Shown piece after piece: positions 1-12,378 of a stretch of 64,000 nucleotides of DNA. The position numbers were made by a program, and so were the translations under genes. The number at the start of each line of letters is the position of its first letter. The first letter of the stretch is position 1. The notes under the pieces were generated by a model. That model worked only from the letters and a program-made list of their open reading frames with translations. It was not told where the DNA came from and ran no database searches. The DNA comes from Eledone cirrhosa (lineage: Eukaryota), in the NCBI GenBank assembly GCA_964016885.1, contig OZ024742.1, forward strand, positions 92,938,001 to 93,002,000, written 5' to 3'.

Positions 1-1640
1 TTGTAGTTTTTGTTACTGCTAATGAGGGACAGATTGGCAATGATTATAGCATGATCAGAGTCACCTAAAGGTTCCTCAGTAGTAACACTAATAACCGTTT
101 CAGGAGTAGTGGTGAAGAGTAGATCCAAAGTGTTGTCACCTTTTGTCGGGGAGGTGACTACTTGGGACCAGCACTAGCTCAAGGAAATCATTTGAACTTT
201 GCGGCCAATGAAAGGTTTCCCAGTCAATCTCAGGGTGATTGAAGTCCCCTGCAATAAAAACATAAGTAGCTGTTTTCCTGGCAGCAGCTCTGAGGATATC
301 TCAAAGTTGTGTGTCCTGATGGTAATTTGGGGGACGGTAAACGACTCCAAGTAGCAGTGATGACAATGTGATATGTATATCGCAGAAAAATACTTCTTGC
401 TGTGATTAGTTCAAATCAACACAAGGAATTGCTGAAAAATTTGACCGAACGTAGACCATTACACTACCACTACGATGATTTATGCGGTCTTTACGAAACA
501 AGTTGTAGCTAGTTATGCTGAAAACCCCATCTCAGAGTAAGGAATGTGCCCATGTTTCCGTGACTGTAATGAAGTCAGGGTCGATACTTTTGACGTAGGA
601 GTCAAAAAGTTGTATCTTATTGCATAGACTACGTGCATTTAAGGATAACAATTTGTACCTTGATTCCAGTCTATGATTATGTGCAGGGGATGGCAGGTTG
701 TTCTGATTTTGTTTCCCAGAGTTTTTTCAGTTTTTTTATTGCCAGTTGTGGGTACAGTGTTTTCAGACCAGCTGGTATCTCTTTTCCATATTTCACAAGC
801 CTTAATAAACTTCCATATTTGCCCATCATCACGTAGGCTGAAGCTTTCATGTTCCGCCGAGCTGCAGTTTAAGGACAATGCAGCACGCAGCTTTGAGCGG
901 ACATCAGGTGGAAGACCAGGGCGTGTTCAGAAGGCAATCGGACTTTCACACCTAGCTTTTTCAGAGGCCAAAAGATATGAACGTGCCTCAGTTGAGTTCG
1001 AAAAAGACAATCTAATTAGACTGGGTTTCGGACCTGGTCGGCCAAGGCATAGAGCACCCTTCGCAGGAAGCACAGCCCAAGTCTTTGGATGAACAGGCAG
1101 CAAATGTCTGAAGATCAACTATGTCTTCTGGTACACCAATGGCAGTCACTTCGTGGTTTACCGATTCAGTGGCATTCTCAATGCGTCTGGGTTCGGCAAA
1201 AGGTACGCGGAGATTTTTTAACAAGGCACTCCGGTAAGATCCCTCATTGTGAGGTTCTACATAAATGCTTGATTTGATTCCTGCTATATCTTGGCTTAAA
1301 GCAGAAATCATTTGCGTATTACCGCAAACTTCGTATTGACGATCGATTTTTGTTGTTCTTCTTCTTCTTCTTCTTCAGCAGGCATAGTAGGGGAAGACAC
1401 AGTCGTCGGTTGTTGTTGTTGAAAAGTAATGGGGGAGGAAAACATGGGTTGCTGTTGTTGATGAAGTCCTTCAACAGGAGTAGTAGCGGAAGCTATGGTC
1501 GTTGGTTTTTGCTGTTGTTCAGGAACAATGGTAGAGGAAGACACGATCGTGATAATATTATATTTAGTTTGGAAAGACGTGGTCAAACGTCCTTCCTTGT
1601 CGCCATCTTGATTCGCCATATCATTATGTGGACACATCCA
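1..1640 (-). mobile_element. CR1/L2-like LINE 5' part: degenerate ORF1 (~700-1640) and AP-endonuclease of ORF2 (~655 to window start)
   Basis: Minus-strand translation gives APE motifs LNARSLCNK, PDFITVTETW, FRKDR, GVVYRPP, AGDFNHP, PTKGDNTLDLLFT, LGDSDH, with frameshifts. Upstream AIGVPE...RPGPKPSLIRLSF resembles an ORF1 RRM-type region. Confidence 0.75.
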
Positions 1641-1799
1641 GGCAACCCCAGCAAATGTTTTAAAATGTTCTGAATCAAATTTACCAATAGTTAATTTGAA
1701 AAATTCCTGAAATAAAATGAAAAACTGAAGAAATATTAGGTTTTCTTAATAAAGCACACACCTTCTATAAGAGAAACGCATTTTTATTTACAACAATAA

Positions 1800-2806
1800 T
1801 TTCTATAGAATCAAAAACATAATGTGAACACTGAACACTGAATATTGAACATTATTTTTGCATAAGAGAGGATTTAGTGTCAGTTGGGTTTGTTTTACGG
1901 TTTTTGGTAATGATCTGTAAAACAAATTGTTTCTCAGTTTTATTTTTTGTGAGAATGCTATTGTAATCTTGTTTGACACCTCTTTCTGCAGCATCATTCA
2001 CAACTGTCTTCTCAAGTTTTTCAAGTCCTCTTTTGTAACCAGGATCATCCTTCCATGTTGAAGGGTCTTTATCGAGGAAATCGGTGCTGATAGAAAATCT
2101 TGTGAAGAAAGTTTTTGTACCAGAAGTTACAAAAGACGAAAACTTGATGTTTGTAAAGAAAGAAAAGACATTTTGGTGCAGAATGTACCTCTTCAGTTGA
2201 TTTTTTTCTTCTTCTTCTTCTTCTTCTTCTTCTTCTTCTTCTTCTTCTTCTTCTTCTTCTTCTTCAGCTTTGTCTGCTTCCAGCATACCTTGAGCAATAT
2301 TTGCCTTAACCTCTCCTTGCTTTCCTTTTTTCCTTGTTCTCTTTTTGTCATTGCTCTCCTTACATATATATTATATGTATATACATATATATGTATTTAC
2401 ATATATATTACTCAATAGCAAGTACTCATTTCTCCCACCTGTCAATCACATACGGTATATTAGAGAGGCCCTTAGCAATAGGTAATTTTCCGAAAGTTAA
2501 AATTTTGCTGCTCCCCAGTTTTGCAAGTTGGCTTCCCCATTATATTTATTGTCACTTATCCTTCTAATACCAAGAAAAAGTCTGAACAAGTTTTTAATTT
2601 AAAAGAAAATTATAAAAAAAATTTTATCTGAAAAAATGACTTTTCGGGCGAAAACTTCAAAATTTCAAAACTTCAAAATTGTCTGCTTGAGCTAAAACTT
2701 TGCATAGATTGTTTTTTTTTGTTAATTGAAACAAGATGGGGGTGGGGGTGGGGGTGGGGTGGGGGGAACTAAACTTTTAGAAAGTTGAAAAATAAAGGCC
2801 ACCCTA
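1800..2806 (-). mobile_element. Internally deleted hAT-superfamily (hATm-like) DNA transposon fragment
   Basis: ORF 1852-2286 carries the transposase C-terminal motif FLDKDPSTW...VVNDAAERGVK.QDYN..LTKN..EKQFVLQ. The terminus reads TAGGGTGGCC on the minus strand at 2797-2806. The partner TIR was not found. Confidence 0.55.
2206..2265. repeat. (TTC)n microsatellite
   Basis: About 20 TTC units. Confidence 0.95.
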
Positions 2807-2866
2807 ATATATATACATACTCACATATATATGTGTGTGTGTGTGCATGCATAAATATGTGTGTGC

Positions 2867-2901
<35 letters not shown>

Positions 2902-2906
<5 letters not shown>

Positions 2907-3742
2907 TCATCATCATCATCATCATCATCAACGTTTAACGTCCGTGTTCCACGCTTGCATGGGTTCGGACGGGGGTAGTCCCACTTGAGGCAAGAGTGAT
3001 TGTCTTGCTCGCATAGGACTGTCTGGCAGGTTTTCTACAGTTGGATGCCCTTCCTAACACCAACCACATTTACAGTGTGGGTCTGGGAGGTTTTTACCGT
3101 GTTGCCTACACGGCCACATTACAGCGTGGACTGTGTGTTTTTTTGTCGTGACACCTACACGATCTCATTTGTTTCGGCCTCGATGGCGCGGCACCAACAT
3201 AACTTTACATAGAATGGGGTGGTGTGGATGGGGGGGGGGGGTGTATTTTGTTAGAGATGCCTACTGGCTGGAGTAGGTTTTACTATATATTTAGGTAAGG
3301 CGGGTCTTCTCTGTTACTGAGTACCGCCGAAGGTCTCGGTCCAGTGACATTGTCTTGGAGAGGTGTAAGTGTGTGATGTCGGAGTATATCAGCTCGTCCC
3401 AGGTTTTTCTAGGTCTGCCTATTCCGTGACTACCATCTATCTTTATTGCCCTGCACTTTGTTATACAGCTATCGACTTTCATGCGCATCACGTGTCCATA
3501 CCAACGTAGCCTTCTCTCGAGTAAACAACATCTGATCCCTCTTATCTCTAATTTTTTCCTTAGTTCGTTTATGCTTTGCCGTTCACGTATATTACTGTTA
3601 CACATCCAGCGGAGCATGCAAGCTTCGTTCCTCTCTAGTCTGCGTATATCCTCTGCACACAATGCCCAGGTCTCACTGCCATGCAGCATTGCTGTTCGTA
3701 TGCAGGCATCGTACAACCTGCCTTTCATTTTTAGGGGGAACC
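2902..3742 (-). mobile_element. RTE-clade LINE, 5'-truncated 3' end (copy A)
   Basis: ORF2 C-terminus MLHGSETW...[12 protein letters not shown]...GRPRKTW, long 3'UTR, (GAT)n tail. Nearly identical to the 3' 840 bp of copy B. Confidence 0.92.
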
Positions 3743-3795
3743 ATATATATATATATATATATGTATATATATGTATATATAAATATATGTATATA

Positions 3796-3890
<95 letters not shown>

Positions 3891-4130
3891 GTTTCTGTAT
3901 ACATATACATATATATATACATATACATATACATATATATGTATATATATACATATATATACATATATGTATATATATACATATATACATATATATGTAT
4001 ATATATATACATATGTATATACATATATATATACATATATATATACATATACATATACATATATATATATATACATATACATATACATATATATATATAT
4101 ACATATATATACATATATATATACATATAC

Positions 4131-4161
<31 letters not shown>

Positions 4162-4322
4162 CATATATATATACATATACATATATATACACATATACAT
4201 ATATATATATATACATATATATATACATATACATATATATACATATATATATACATATATATATACATATACATATATATATATATATATACATATATAT
4301 ATACATATATATATACATATAC

Positions 4323-4353
<31 letters not shown>

Positions 4354-4482
4354 CATATATATATACATATACATATATATATATATACATATATATATAT
4401 ACATATATATATACATATATATATATACATATACATATATATATACATATACATATACATATACATACATATATACATATAT

Positions 4483-4517
<35 letters not shown>

Positions 4518-4640
4518 TATATACATATATATATACATACATATATACATATATATATACATATATATATACATATAGATATACATATACATATATATAT
4601 ACATATATATACACATATATATACATATATATACATATAC

Positions 4641-4689
<49 letters not shown>

Positions 4690-4788
4690 CATATATATAT
4701 ACATACATACATATATATATATATACATATATATATATACATACATATATATATACATACATACATATATATACATATACATATATAT

Positions 4789-4845
<57 letters not shown>

Positions 4846-4954
4846 TATATACATATACATATATACATATATATATACATATACATATATATATACATAT
4901 ATATATACATATATATATATATACATATATACATATATATATACATATATGTAT
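3743..4954. repeat. Compound (TA)n/(TACA)n microsatellite, ~1.2 kb
   Basis: Direct reading; the source of the spurious YIYI ORFs. Confidence 0.97.
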
Positions 4955-7692
4955 ATCATCATCATCATCATCATCAACGTTTAACGTCCGTGTTCCACGC
5001 TTGCATGGGTTTGGACGGGGGTAGTCCCACTTGAGGCAAGAGTGATTGTCTTGCTCGCATAGGACTGTCTGGCAGGTTTTCTACAGTTGGATGCCCTTCC
5101 TAACACCAACCACATTTACAGTGTGGGTCTGGGAGGTTTTTACCGTGTTGCCTACACGGCCACATTACAGCGTGGACTGTGTGTTTTTTTGTCGTGACAC
5201 CTACACGATCTCATTTGTTTCGGCCTCGAAGGCGCGGCACCAACATAACTTTACATAGAACGGGGTGGTGTGGATCGGGTGGGGGTGGGGGTGGTGGGAC
5301 GGGGTGTATTTTGTTAGAGATGCCTACTGGCTGGAGTAGGTTTTACTATATATTTAGGTAAGGCGGGTCTTCTCTGTTACTGAGTACCGCCAAAGGTCTC
5401 GGTCCAGTGACATTGTCTTGGAGAGGTGTAAGTGTGTGATGTCGGAGTTTATCAGCTCGTCCCAGGTTTTTCTAGGTCTGCCTATTCCGTGGCTACCGTC
5501 TATCTTTATTGCCCTGCACTTTGTTATACAGCTATCGACTTTCATGCGCATCACGTGTCCATACCAACGTAGCCTTCTCTCGAGTAAACAACATCTGATC
5601 CCTCTTATCTCTAATTTTTTCCTTAGTTCGTTTATGCTTTGCCGTTCACGTATATTACTGTTACACATCCAGCGGAGCATGCAAGCTTCGTTCCTCTCTA
5701 GTCTGCGTATATCCTCTGCACACAATGCCCAGGTCTCACTGCCATGCAGCATTGCTGTTCGTATGCAGGCATCGTACAACCTGCCTTTCATTTTTAGTGA
5801 GAACCCTTTAGCAGCTAATAGTGGTATAAGCTCTCTGAACTTTTTCCAACCAGTTCTGACTCTAGCTACAGTACTTTCAGAGCACCCTCCCCCACTGCTG
5901 ATTTTATCGCCCAGGTAACGGAAGCTGTCCACTATTTCTATAGAACCCTCTGCGCAATTGAAAGAGCTAGTAGTTTGTGGGCACTTGCTGCTACTTATTG
6001 CACCAGAGCACCGGCCACATGTAAAATCTATGTTCTTAGTTAGCTTACCTGTGATCCCACTACATCTTTTATGCACCCATACTTTGCATTTAGGACATAA
6101 AATGGAGTTTCTACCTACGCCTTTCCTACACACCGAGCACGACCATTTCCCAGAAGGGACCGCCGCCTTGTTTTCTTTCCTACAAACTAGTACTTTGGTC
6201 TTAGCCAGGTTAATTTTAAGTCCTTTTGACTCTAGGCCGTGCTTCCATGTTTGGAATTTCTTCTCTAGCTCGGCCATTGATTCCGCTATGAGTGTCAGGT
6301 CGTCTGCGTATAGGAGTTCCCATGGGCAGCCTGTCTTGAACTCCTCTGTTATAGCCTGAAGGGCAATAATAAATAGTAGTGGACTGAGAACAGAGCCCTG
6401 ATGGACGCCAACTTTTACGCTAAACTCTTCACTATATTCGTTGTTAATTCTAACCTTGCTGACTGTTTCTTTATACATGGCTTGTATAGCCCTCACAAGC
6501 CATTCGTCAACGCCTAGTTTTCTAAGAGCCCACCAGATAATGGAGCGGGGGACTCTGTCGAAGGCTTTCTCCAAGTCGACAAAAGCTAAGTAGAGGGGTT
6601 TACCTTTAGCTAGGTACTTCTCCTGTAGTTGTCGTACTATGAAAAGAGCGTCTGTGGTACTTTTGCCTGACACAAACCCGAACTGCATTTCATCTAGGTC
6701 AATTCTCTCTCTGATTAGTTGCGCTATTACTCTTTCCGTGACCTTCATGACCTGGTCGATTAATTTAATGCCTCTATAGTTACTCCTATCTAGGGCGTCT
6801 CCTTTACCCTTATAACAGTTAACGATGATGCTGCTATGCCAGTCCTTCGGAACAACCCCATTCTGTACGACTTGGTTAACTATGCGGGTGACCATGGTGT
6901 GTCCCACCGTGCCAGATGCCTTCAGCATCTCAGCAACTATTTCCGAAGGCCCAGCCGCCTTACCAGTCTTCATATCCTTGATTGCCTTACTTATTATACT
7001 CCCCTCGACTAACACTGCTGGTCCCTCTATTGGGTCGATATGGGGGAGACTGCCTTTCTCCCAATTATTCTCCTCATTTAGAAGCCTTTCATAGTGACAC
7101 TTCCAAGCTACCTTCTTATCAGCGTCGGTGATGGCAAGTGTGCCATCGTCGTTTAGTACACACTTCTCCCCGACAATATCACGGTTTTCCTTGACGCATT
7201 GCCTAGCAATCCTGAACACCTCACGTTTTTGGTCATCGCGTTGTAGAACATGCTTGAACTTTCTTTCCTCAGCTTCCCTTCTTGCTAAGTACACTTGTCT
7301 CCTAGCTTCCCTCCTGGCCACTTGATAGTCCTCTCTACTTCCCCCATCCCGCCATACTTTCCAAGCCTGCTTTTTGGCCTTAATTGACCCCTCCACCTTA
7401 CTGTTCCACCACCATGTTACTCTCCTCCTGCCTACAGGCCTGCTCCAGCCACAGACCTCGTCTGTCGCCAACAGCAGGTTTGCTTTCAGAAATTCCCACT
7501 CTCCCTCTATATTGTCCGACTCTAAATGTTCTTCCTTACTGTCGAAAGCATCAAGTAATATGCTTTGAAATTTATTCCTGGCTGTGGGGTCCTTTAGCTT
7601 CCATATTTTCCTCCTGAGGATAGTCCTCTTCTGTTGTCGAGTACGTCTCGTCCTGACTATGAGGTCGCTAATTATCAGTCTATGTTGGGAGG
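4955..7692 (-). mobile_element. RTE-clade LINE, 5'-truncated (copy B), relatively young
   Basis: (GAT)n tail at ~4955-4976, 3'UTR, open RT frame. The 5' junction lies at the APE C-terminus (SQHRLIISDL) and abuts (TA)n. Confidence 0.95.
5354..7471 (-). CDS. RTE LINE ORF2 (5'-truncated): reverse transcriptase with internal PHD-type zinc finger
   Basis: 705-aa open frame with NYRGIKL, QFGF, FVDLEKAFDRV, GVHQGSVLSPLLF, LLYADDL, GLKINLAKTK, then C4HC3 at 6008-6139, then FRYLG and RLRWYGH. Confidence 0.93.
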   Translation of the reverse strand: MATDEVCGWSRPVGRRRVTWWWNSKVEGSIKAKKQAWKVWRDGGSREDYQVARREARRQVYLARREAEERKFKHVLQRDDQKREVFRIARQCVKENRDIVGEKCVLNDDGTLAITDADKKVAWKCHYERLLNEENNWEKGSLPHIDPIEGPAVLVEGSIISKAIKDMKTGKAAGPSEIVAEMLKASGTVGHTMVTRIVNQVVQNGVVPKDWHSSIIVNCYKGKGDALDRSNYRGIKLIDQVMKVTERVIAQLIRERIDLDEMQFGFVSGKSTTDALFIVRQLQEKYLAKGKPLYLAFVDLEKAFDRVPRSIIWWALRKLGVDEWLVRAIQAMYKETVSKVRINNEYSEEFSVKVGVHQGSVLSPLLFIIALQAITEEFKTGCPWELLYADDLTLIAESMAELEKKFQTWKHGLESKGLKINLAKTKVLVCRKENKAAVPSGKWSCSVCRKGVGRNSILCPKCKVWVHKRCSGITGKLTKNIDFTCGRCSGAISSSKCPQTTSSFNCAEGSIEIVDSFRYLGDKISSGGGCSESTVARVRTGWKKFRELIPLLAAKGFSLKMKGRLYDACIRTAMLHGSETWALCAEDIRRLERNEACMLRWMCNSNIRERQSINELRKKLEIRGIRCCLLERRLRWYGHVMRMKVDSCITKCRAIKIDGSHGIGRPRKTWDELINSDITHLHLSKTMSLDRDLWRYSVTEKTRLT

Positions 7693-7709
7693 TATATATA
7701 TATATATAT

Positions 7710-8261
7710 GGTCGGGTCGTTGGCGACTAAACTGGCAACCCCACCAAGGTTTCTTGGTGAGGAGGGTGGCTTTGGACATCCTGCAGGACTAAAAACAAAA
7801 CCTGTCAAAAGGCAAAGGGGCTCTTAAGAGTCAATAGCCATCCAAAATCACCGGGAGAGATGACCCCTTAGCCTTTGTCAAGGCAGAATTCTAGGAGAAG
7901 GAAAACTCTGATATAACACCTGCAACCCTGATGGTATCCAATGATGTTGAATTGTTCTTCTTTTTGGCAAATATCATCTTGGTTAAGAGAGTGGGACTGG
8001 CTTTGTGCAGTGCCTTTGCTCACTATAAAAGCTTCACGGCACAGGCATTGCTTTATATCTGGAGATCTCTCTGCACTTGTCGTCACATGGTACCATGGGC
8101 CCAGCACTATGTATCAATAATTGTCACAAGTGTAGTGTTTGTACCAGAGTTTTCAAGTCGCTGGCTGGACTAAAAAGTCACATTCGTTCAGCGCATTGGT
8201 AGGCGTTCTCCTACATGGATATAAAGTAGTGGCCGTACTCGAAAACGAGTTGGCAGCCACC

Positions 8262-8262
<1 letters not shown>
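7710..8262 (+). mobile_element. Non-autonomous bipartite RTE-like element (5'UTR-like head joined to an ORF C-terminal C2H2 finger and tail)
   Basis: Head contains aaggcag..tctaggagaaggaaaactctga (RTE 5'UTR-like, from recall). 8131-8202 encodes CSVCTRVFKSLAGLKSHIRSAHW*. A related copy lies at 27750-28270. Confidence 0.6.
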
Positions 8263-8293
<31 letters not shown>

Positions 8294-8967
8294 GGAGAGA
8301 GAAAGAGAGAGAGAGAGAAAGTTTATGATAGAGATAGAGCAGGTAGATGATTATGTGAATGTGTAGGGAAGAAAAGGTATAGAGGAAAAAGGAATGGATA
8401 TAAATATAAAAAAATGAAAAATTCTAACTGATATTTAAATATACTGAAAGAGAAATATATAGAAAAAGAAAGGGTTTTAGTGATAGAAAGTGTTAGAAAG
8501 GAACAAACTGAATGAGAGAAAAAGGGAAGTGAGAGAGAAAGAAAGAAAAAAGGGAAGAGAGGGTGTGTGTGTGTATATGTGTACATTTATGTGCACATGC
8601 ATGCATGTATGTATGTGTGTGAATAGGAAAGAAATGGTAAACAAGAGATAACTACATCGAATGTGTTAAAAAGAAAGAGGCTGAGAGAGAGGGAGAAGGA
8701 GAGAGATAGAGAGACAGAGAGAAATAGTGCGTGTGTACATGAGTCAGTATTTGTGTATATGAGTGTGTTTACGTGCATAGGCATGAATTTGTGTGTGTAT
8801 ATTTCTGTGTATTTGTATGTATATGTTTGTGTTTATGAGCATACACATACATAAATGTGTTTGTATGAGAAGTAGCAAGCCAATGATAATTGAAGCTAAT
8901 TTTCAGAATGTGTTAACAAGTTTGAAAACTGTGTGATTGCTTTGGTAATTTAATTTCTGTTAAATAG

Positions 8968-9372
8968 ATCACCAACAACACCACCACGACCAACACCACC
9001 ACAATCACCACCAACACCACCACAATCACCACCAACACCACCACAATCACCACCAACACCACCACAATCACCACCAACATCACCACAATCACCACCAACA
9101 CCACCATAATCACCACCAACACCACCATAATCACCACCAACACCACCACAATCACCACCAACACCACCACAATCACCAACAACACCACCACTACCAACAC
9201 CACCAACACCACCACTACCAACACCACCAACACTCCCACAAACACCAACAACACCACCAACACCACCATAATCATCACCAACACCACCACAATCACCACC
9301 AACACCACCACAATCACCACCAACACCACCACAATCACCACCAACACCACCACAATCACCACCAACACCACC
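8968..9372. repeat. 21-bp ACC-rich minisatellite (accaccacaatcaccaccaac)n
   Basis: About 19 units read directly. Confidence 0.9.
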
Positions 9373-9716
9373 ATTATCTTATCTGCCCACTTTTCTGCTA
9401 CCATGATTCCTACTCCACCCAGCCCATCGTCGTTTCCCACCCAGAAAAGCTTATAACATCGTTTTTTACCCTCAATGAACCTAGCAGACCCACCCCTCCA
9501 CCTGGTCTCTTGAATACAACAAACATCGACCTCCTTACGTTCAAGCATTTCTACAACCTCGTTAGCGCGACCCTTTAGGGTGCCTACATTTATGGTACCA
9601 ACTCTGAAGTTTTGGATTGCGTTTGGGGGTTGGGGGCGGTGGGGGGCGGGGGGCATTGGGGTTATGTTAGCCGTCCGCGGTCGAAACAATGAGGAGTGCT
9701 CGCATTCTCGTCCAAG

Positions 9717-9720
<4 letters not shown>
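9373..9720 (-). mobile_element. RTE LINE fragment: N-terminus of AP endonuclease (copy C)
   Basis: FRVGTINVGTLKGR...VDVCCIQETRW...GLGGVGIMV in ORF 8913-9689; the rest of that ORF is minisatellite. Confidence 0.88.
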
Positions 9721-9806
<86 letters not shown>

Positions 9807-9807
9807 A

Positions 9808-9992
9808 TTTATTAAAATAACAGATTAAAGTTTAAGCAAAGAATCGCTGCTTTCACCCTTAGGGTGAAAGCAGCGATTCGTTGCTTAAACTTTAATCTGT
9901 TATTTTAATAAATATTTGCTCTACGGTTCTTATATATTTGATATATATTTATCCTTATCGAGCCCTCTTTGGATTTTAGTCTTCAAATTTAT
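9808..9992. mobile_element. Fold-back Penelope-like terminal fragment (family C)
   Basis: Near-perfect ~50-bp-arm palindrome centred on cccttaggg (~9861) plus a tail. Homologous pieces lie at 31275, 31409, 32455, 32700, 33364 and 42790. Confidence 0.6.
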
Positions 9993-10024
9993 TATTATTA
10001 CTATTATATATATATATATATTAT

Positions 10025-10546
10025 ATCATCATCATCATCACCGTTTTACGTCCGTTCTTCCACGCTAGCATGGGTTAGACGGGTTGTCCTGTTGTGGGCA
10101 GTGTCTGGTCGGCTGACCATACCTTGCTCATACAGGAACTGATTTGGCTTGATTTCTACAGCTGGATGCCCTTCCTAACACCAACCTCATTTACAGTGAG
10201 TGCTGGGTGCTTTTTCGTGGCGCCTACACGTCCACTTTACAGTGTGGGCTGGGTGCTTTTTACCCGTGGCACCTCCACGACCACCTTGCGGTGGGGGGGT
10301 GTGGGGCCATATTGTCTATATGCTTCAGCTTGTACCCATGGGAGGTCGGGTACTCTGTATTACTGCGTGACGCCAGAAGTCACGGTCGTGTGTCATTGCC
10401 TTTGAGAGGTGTAATTGGGTAAGGTCGGCTTTTATCACCTCATCCCAGGTCATCTTGGGTCTTCCCACTCCGCGGTTTCCATCAACTTCTAGTGCTCTGC
10501 ACCTTTTTATGCAGCTGTCATCCTTCATACGCATCACATGTCCAAA
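10025..10546 (-). mobile_element. RTE LINE 3' end, subfamily 2 (copy D)
   Basis: HVMRMKDDSCIKRC...GRPKMTW...STRPPMGTS*, 3'UTR, (GAT)n tail next to (TA)n. Confidence 0.9.
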
Positions 10547-11449
10547 TTATCGAGAATCGGAATCTCGGCCCACGAAATAACGAAACACAATCTTCGAAAA
10601 GTGTGTCAAAGTGGTCAATTGTTTGGATAAACCAGAGCTATAACTAACGTTTAAATACCAACACACCGAGATAATGCTTAAAATCATTCGCACAGCCGAA
10701 AAAACGACCAAGAAAATTCGGGTCAGACAAATAATAGTATATATGAATGAAAAATCTTTACCCGGACCCGCTAGAATGATGGTAAATTCTAGCATTTTGG
10801 TTTCTGCGGCTCCTAAATCAGTTACCGTCAGCTTACATAAAAAATATCCGGCTTCTGGTAGAATGATGAACGAGGAACCACTTTCTCAACAGGCATTTCG
10901 TTAAAAAAAAAATACAAGGCAACCCATTACTAAATCCACGTGGGGTTTAGCAAGGGAGGGAACCCCTATATTAGGCGAATGAATTCAGTAGTGTATATTG
11001 TTGTAAAAATACAAAATATCACATATCGAATTAGAGTTCTCAACAGACGGGTTAAAATTAACATGAGCTATTCATCAGTCAATAAGATAAACTAAAAAAT
11101 CAATAAAATTAACTGGTGAATAGCTAAAGACTGGAGATAAATACAAATAAATTATCGAGAATCGGAATCTCGGCCCACGAAATAACGAAACACAATCTTC
11201 GAAAAGTGTGTCAAAGTGGTCAATAGTTTGGATAAACCAGAGCTATAACTAACGTTTAAATACCAACACACCGAGATAATGCTTAAAATCATTCGCACAG
11301 CCGAAAAAACGACCAAGAAAATTCGGGTCAGACAAATAATAGTATATATGAATGAAAAATCTTTACCCGGACCCGCTAGAATGATGGTAAATTCTAGCAT
11401 TTTGGTTTCTGCGGCTCCTAAATCAGTTACCGTCAGCTTACATAAAAAA
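10545..11449. repeat. Pair of ~300-bp near-identical direct repeats (10545-10845, 11149-11449)
   Basis: Identical apart from about one substitution; also visible as duplicated ORFs 10547-10795 and 11152-11400. Confidence 0.9.
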
Positions 11450-11733
11450 ATTCGTCTACAGAATTCGTCTACAGAACAGGTTTGAATTTTGAAATTTAAA
11501 TATGTCCAGGAATCATGGCCGTTGCCAATATAATCTTGTCTTTATTGACTTGTATCGAGACAGACAAATTGTATTCACTTTTATTAGTTTATTTCATTAA
11601 TAGCTAACTTTGTCTGTTGCAATGTAAACACATTTTGTGTTTATCATATACTTTAAATGTATTAACTGCTCGGAAGAGCCCCTTCCTGGAGCTTAATTAT
11701 TGTAAACGACTGAGAGTTTATTTTCAAAATATA

Positions 11734-11810
<77 letters not shown>

Positions 11811-11965
11811 CGACCGATAGATAGTATTAGCAATTGGAAAGACCAACGGAAACATTGTTTCCTCGGTCCGATTTGACGAAAGTCGATCGCTCCTTAATAT
11901 ATATATATATTCACATATATATGCATATATGTATATATGCATATATGCATGTATGTATATATATA

Positions 11966-12036
<71 letters not shown>

Positions 12037-12107
12037 CATATATATGTATATATGCATGTATGTATATATATGTGTGTATATGTATATATATATATATGTA
12101 TGGATAT

Positions 12108-12163
<56 letters not shown>

Positions 12164-12378
12164 GAGTATATGTATGACTATATATGTGTATATGTATATA
12201 TATGTATGTATATATATATATATATTTATCTCTCTCTCTATATATATATAGGAAAAAGTATGATCATACTTTTTCCTATTACCTATATATATGTGTGTGT
12301 GTGTGTATATGTGTGTGTATATATGTGTGTGTATATGTGTGTGTGTATATATTGTATATATCTATACATATATATATA

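Noticed and set aside
3291-5024. Long YI/HI-rich ORFs (up to 551 aa)
   Set aside because: Translations of (TA)/(TACA) microsatellite; only the tail of 3291-4946 is RTE sequence.
2902-5790. Copies A and B as LTRs of one element
   Set aside because: Both are LINE 3' ends with their own GAT tails and scattered differences; there are no LTR hallmarks.
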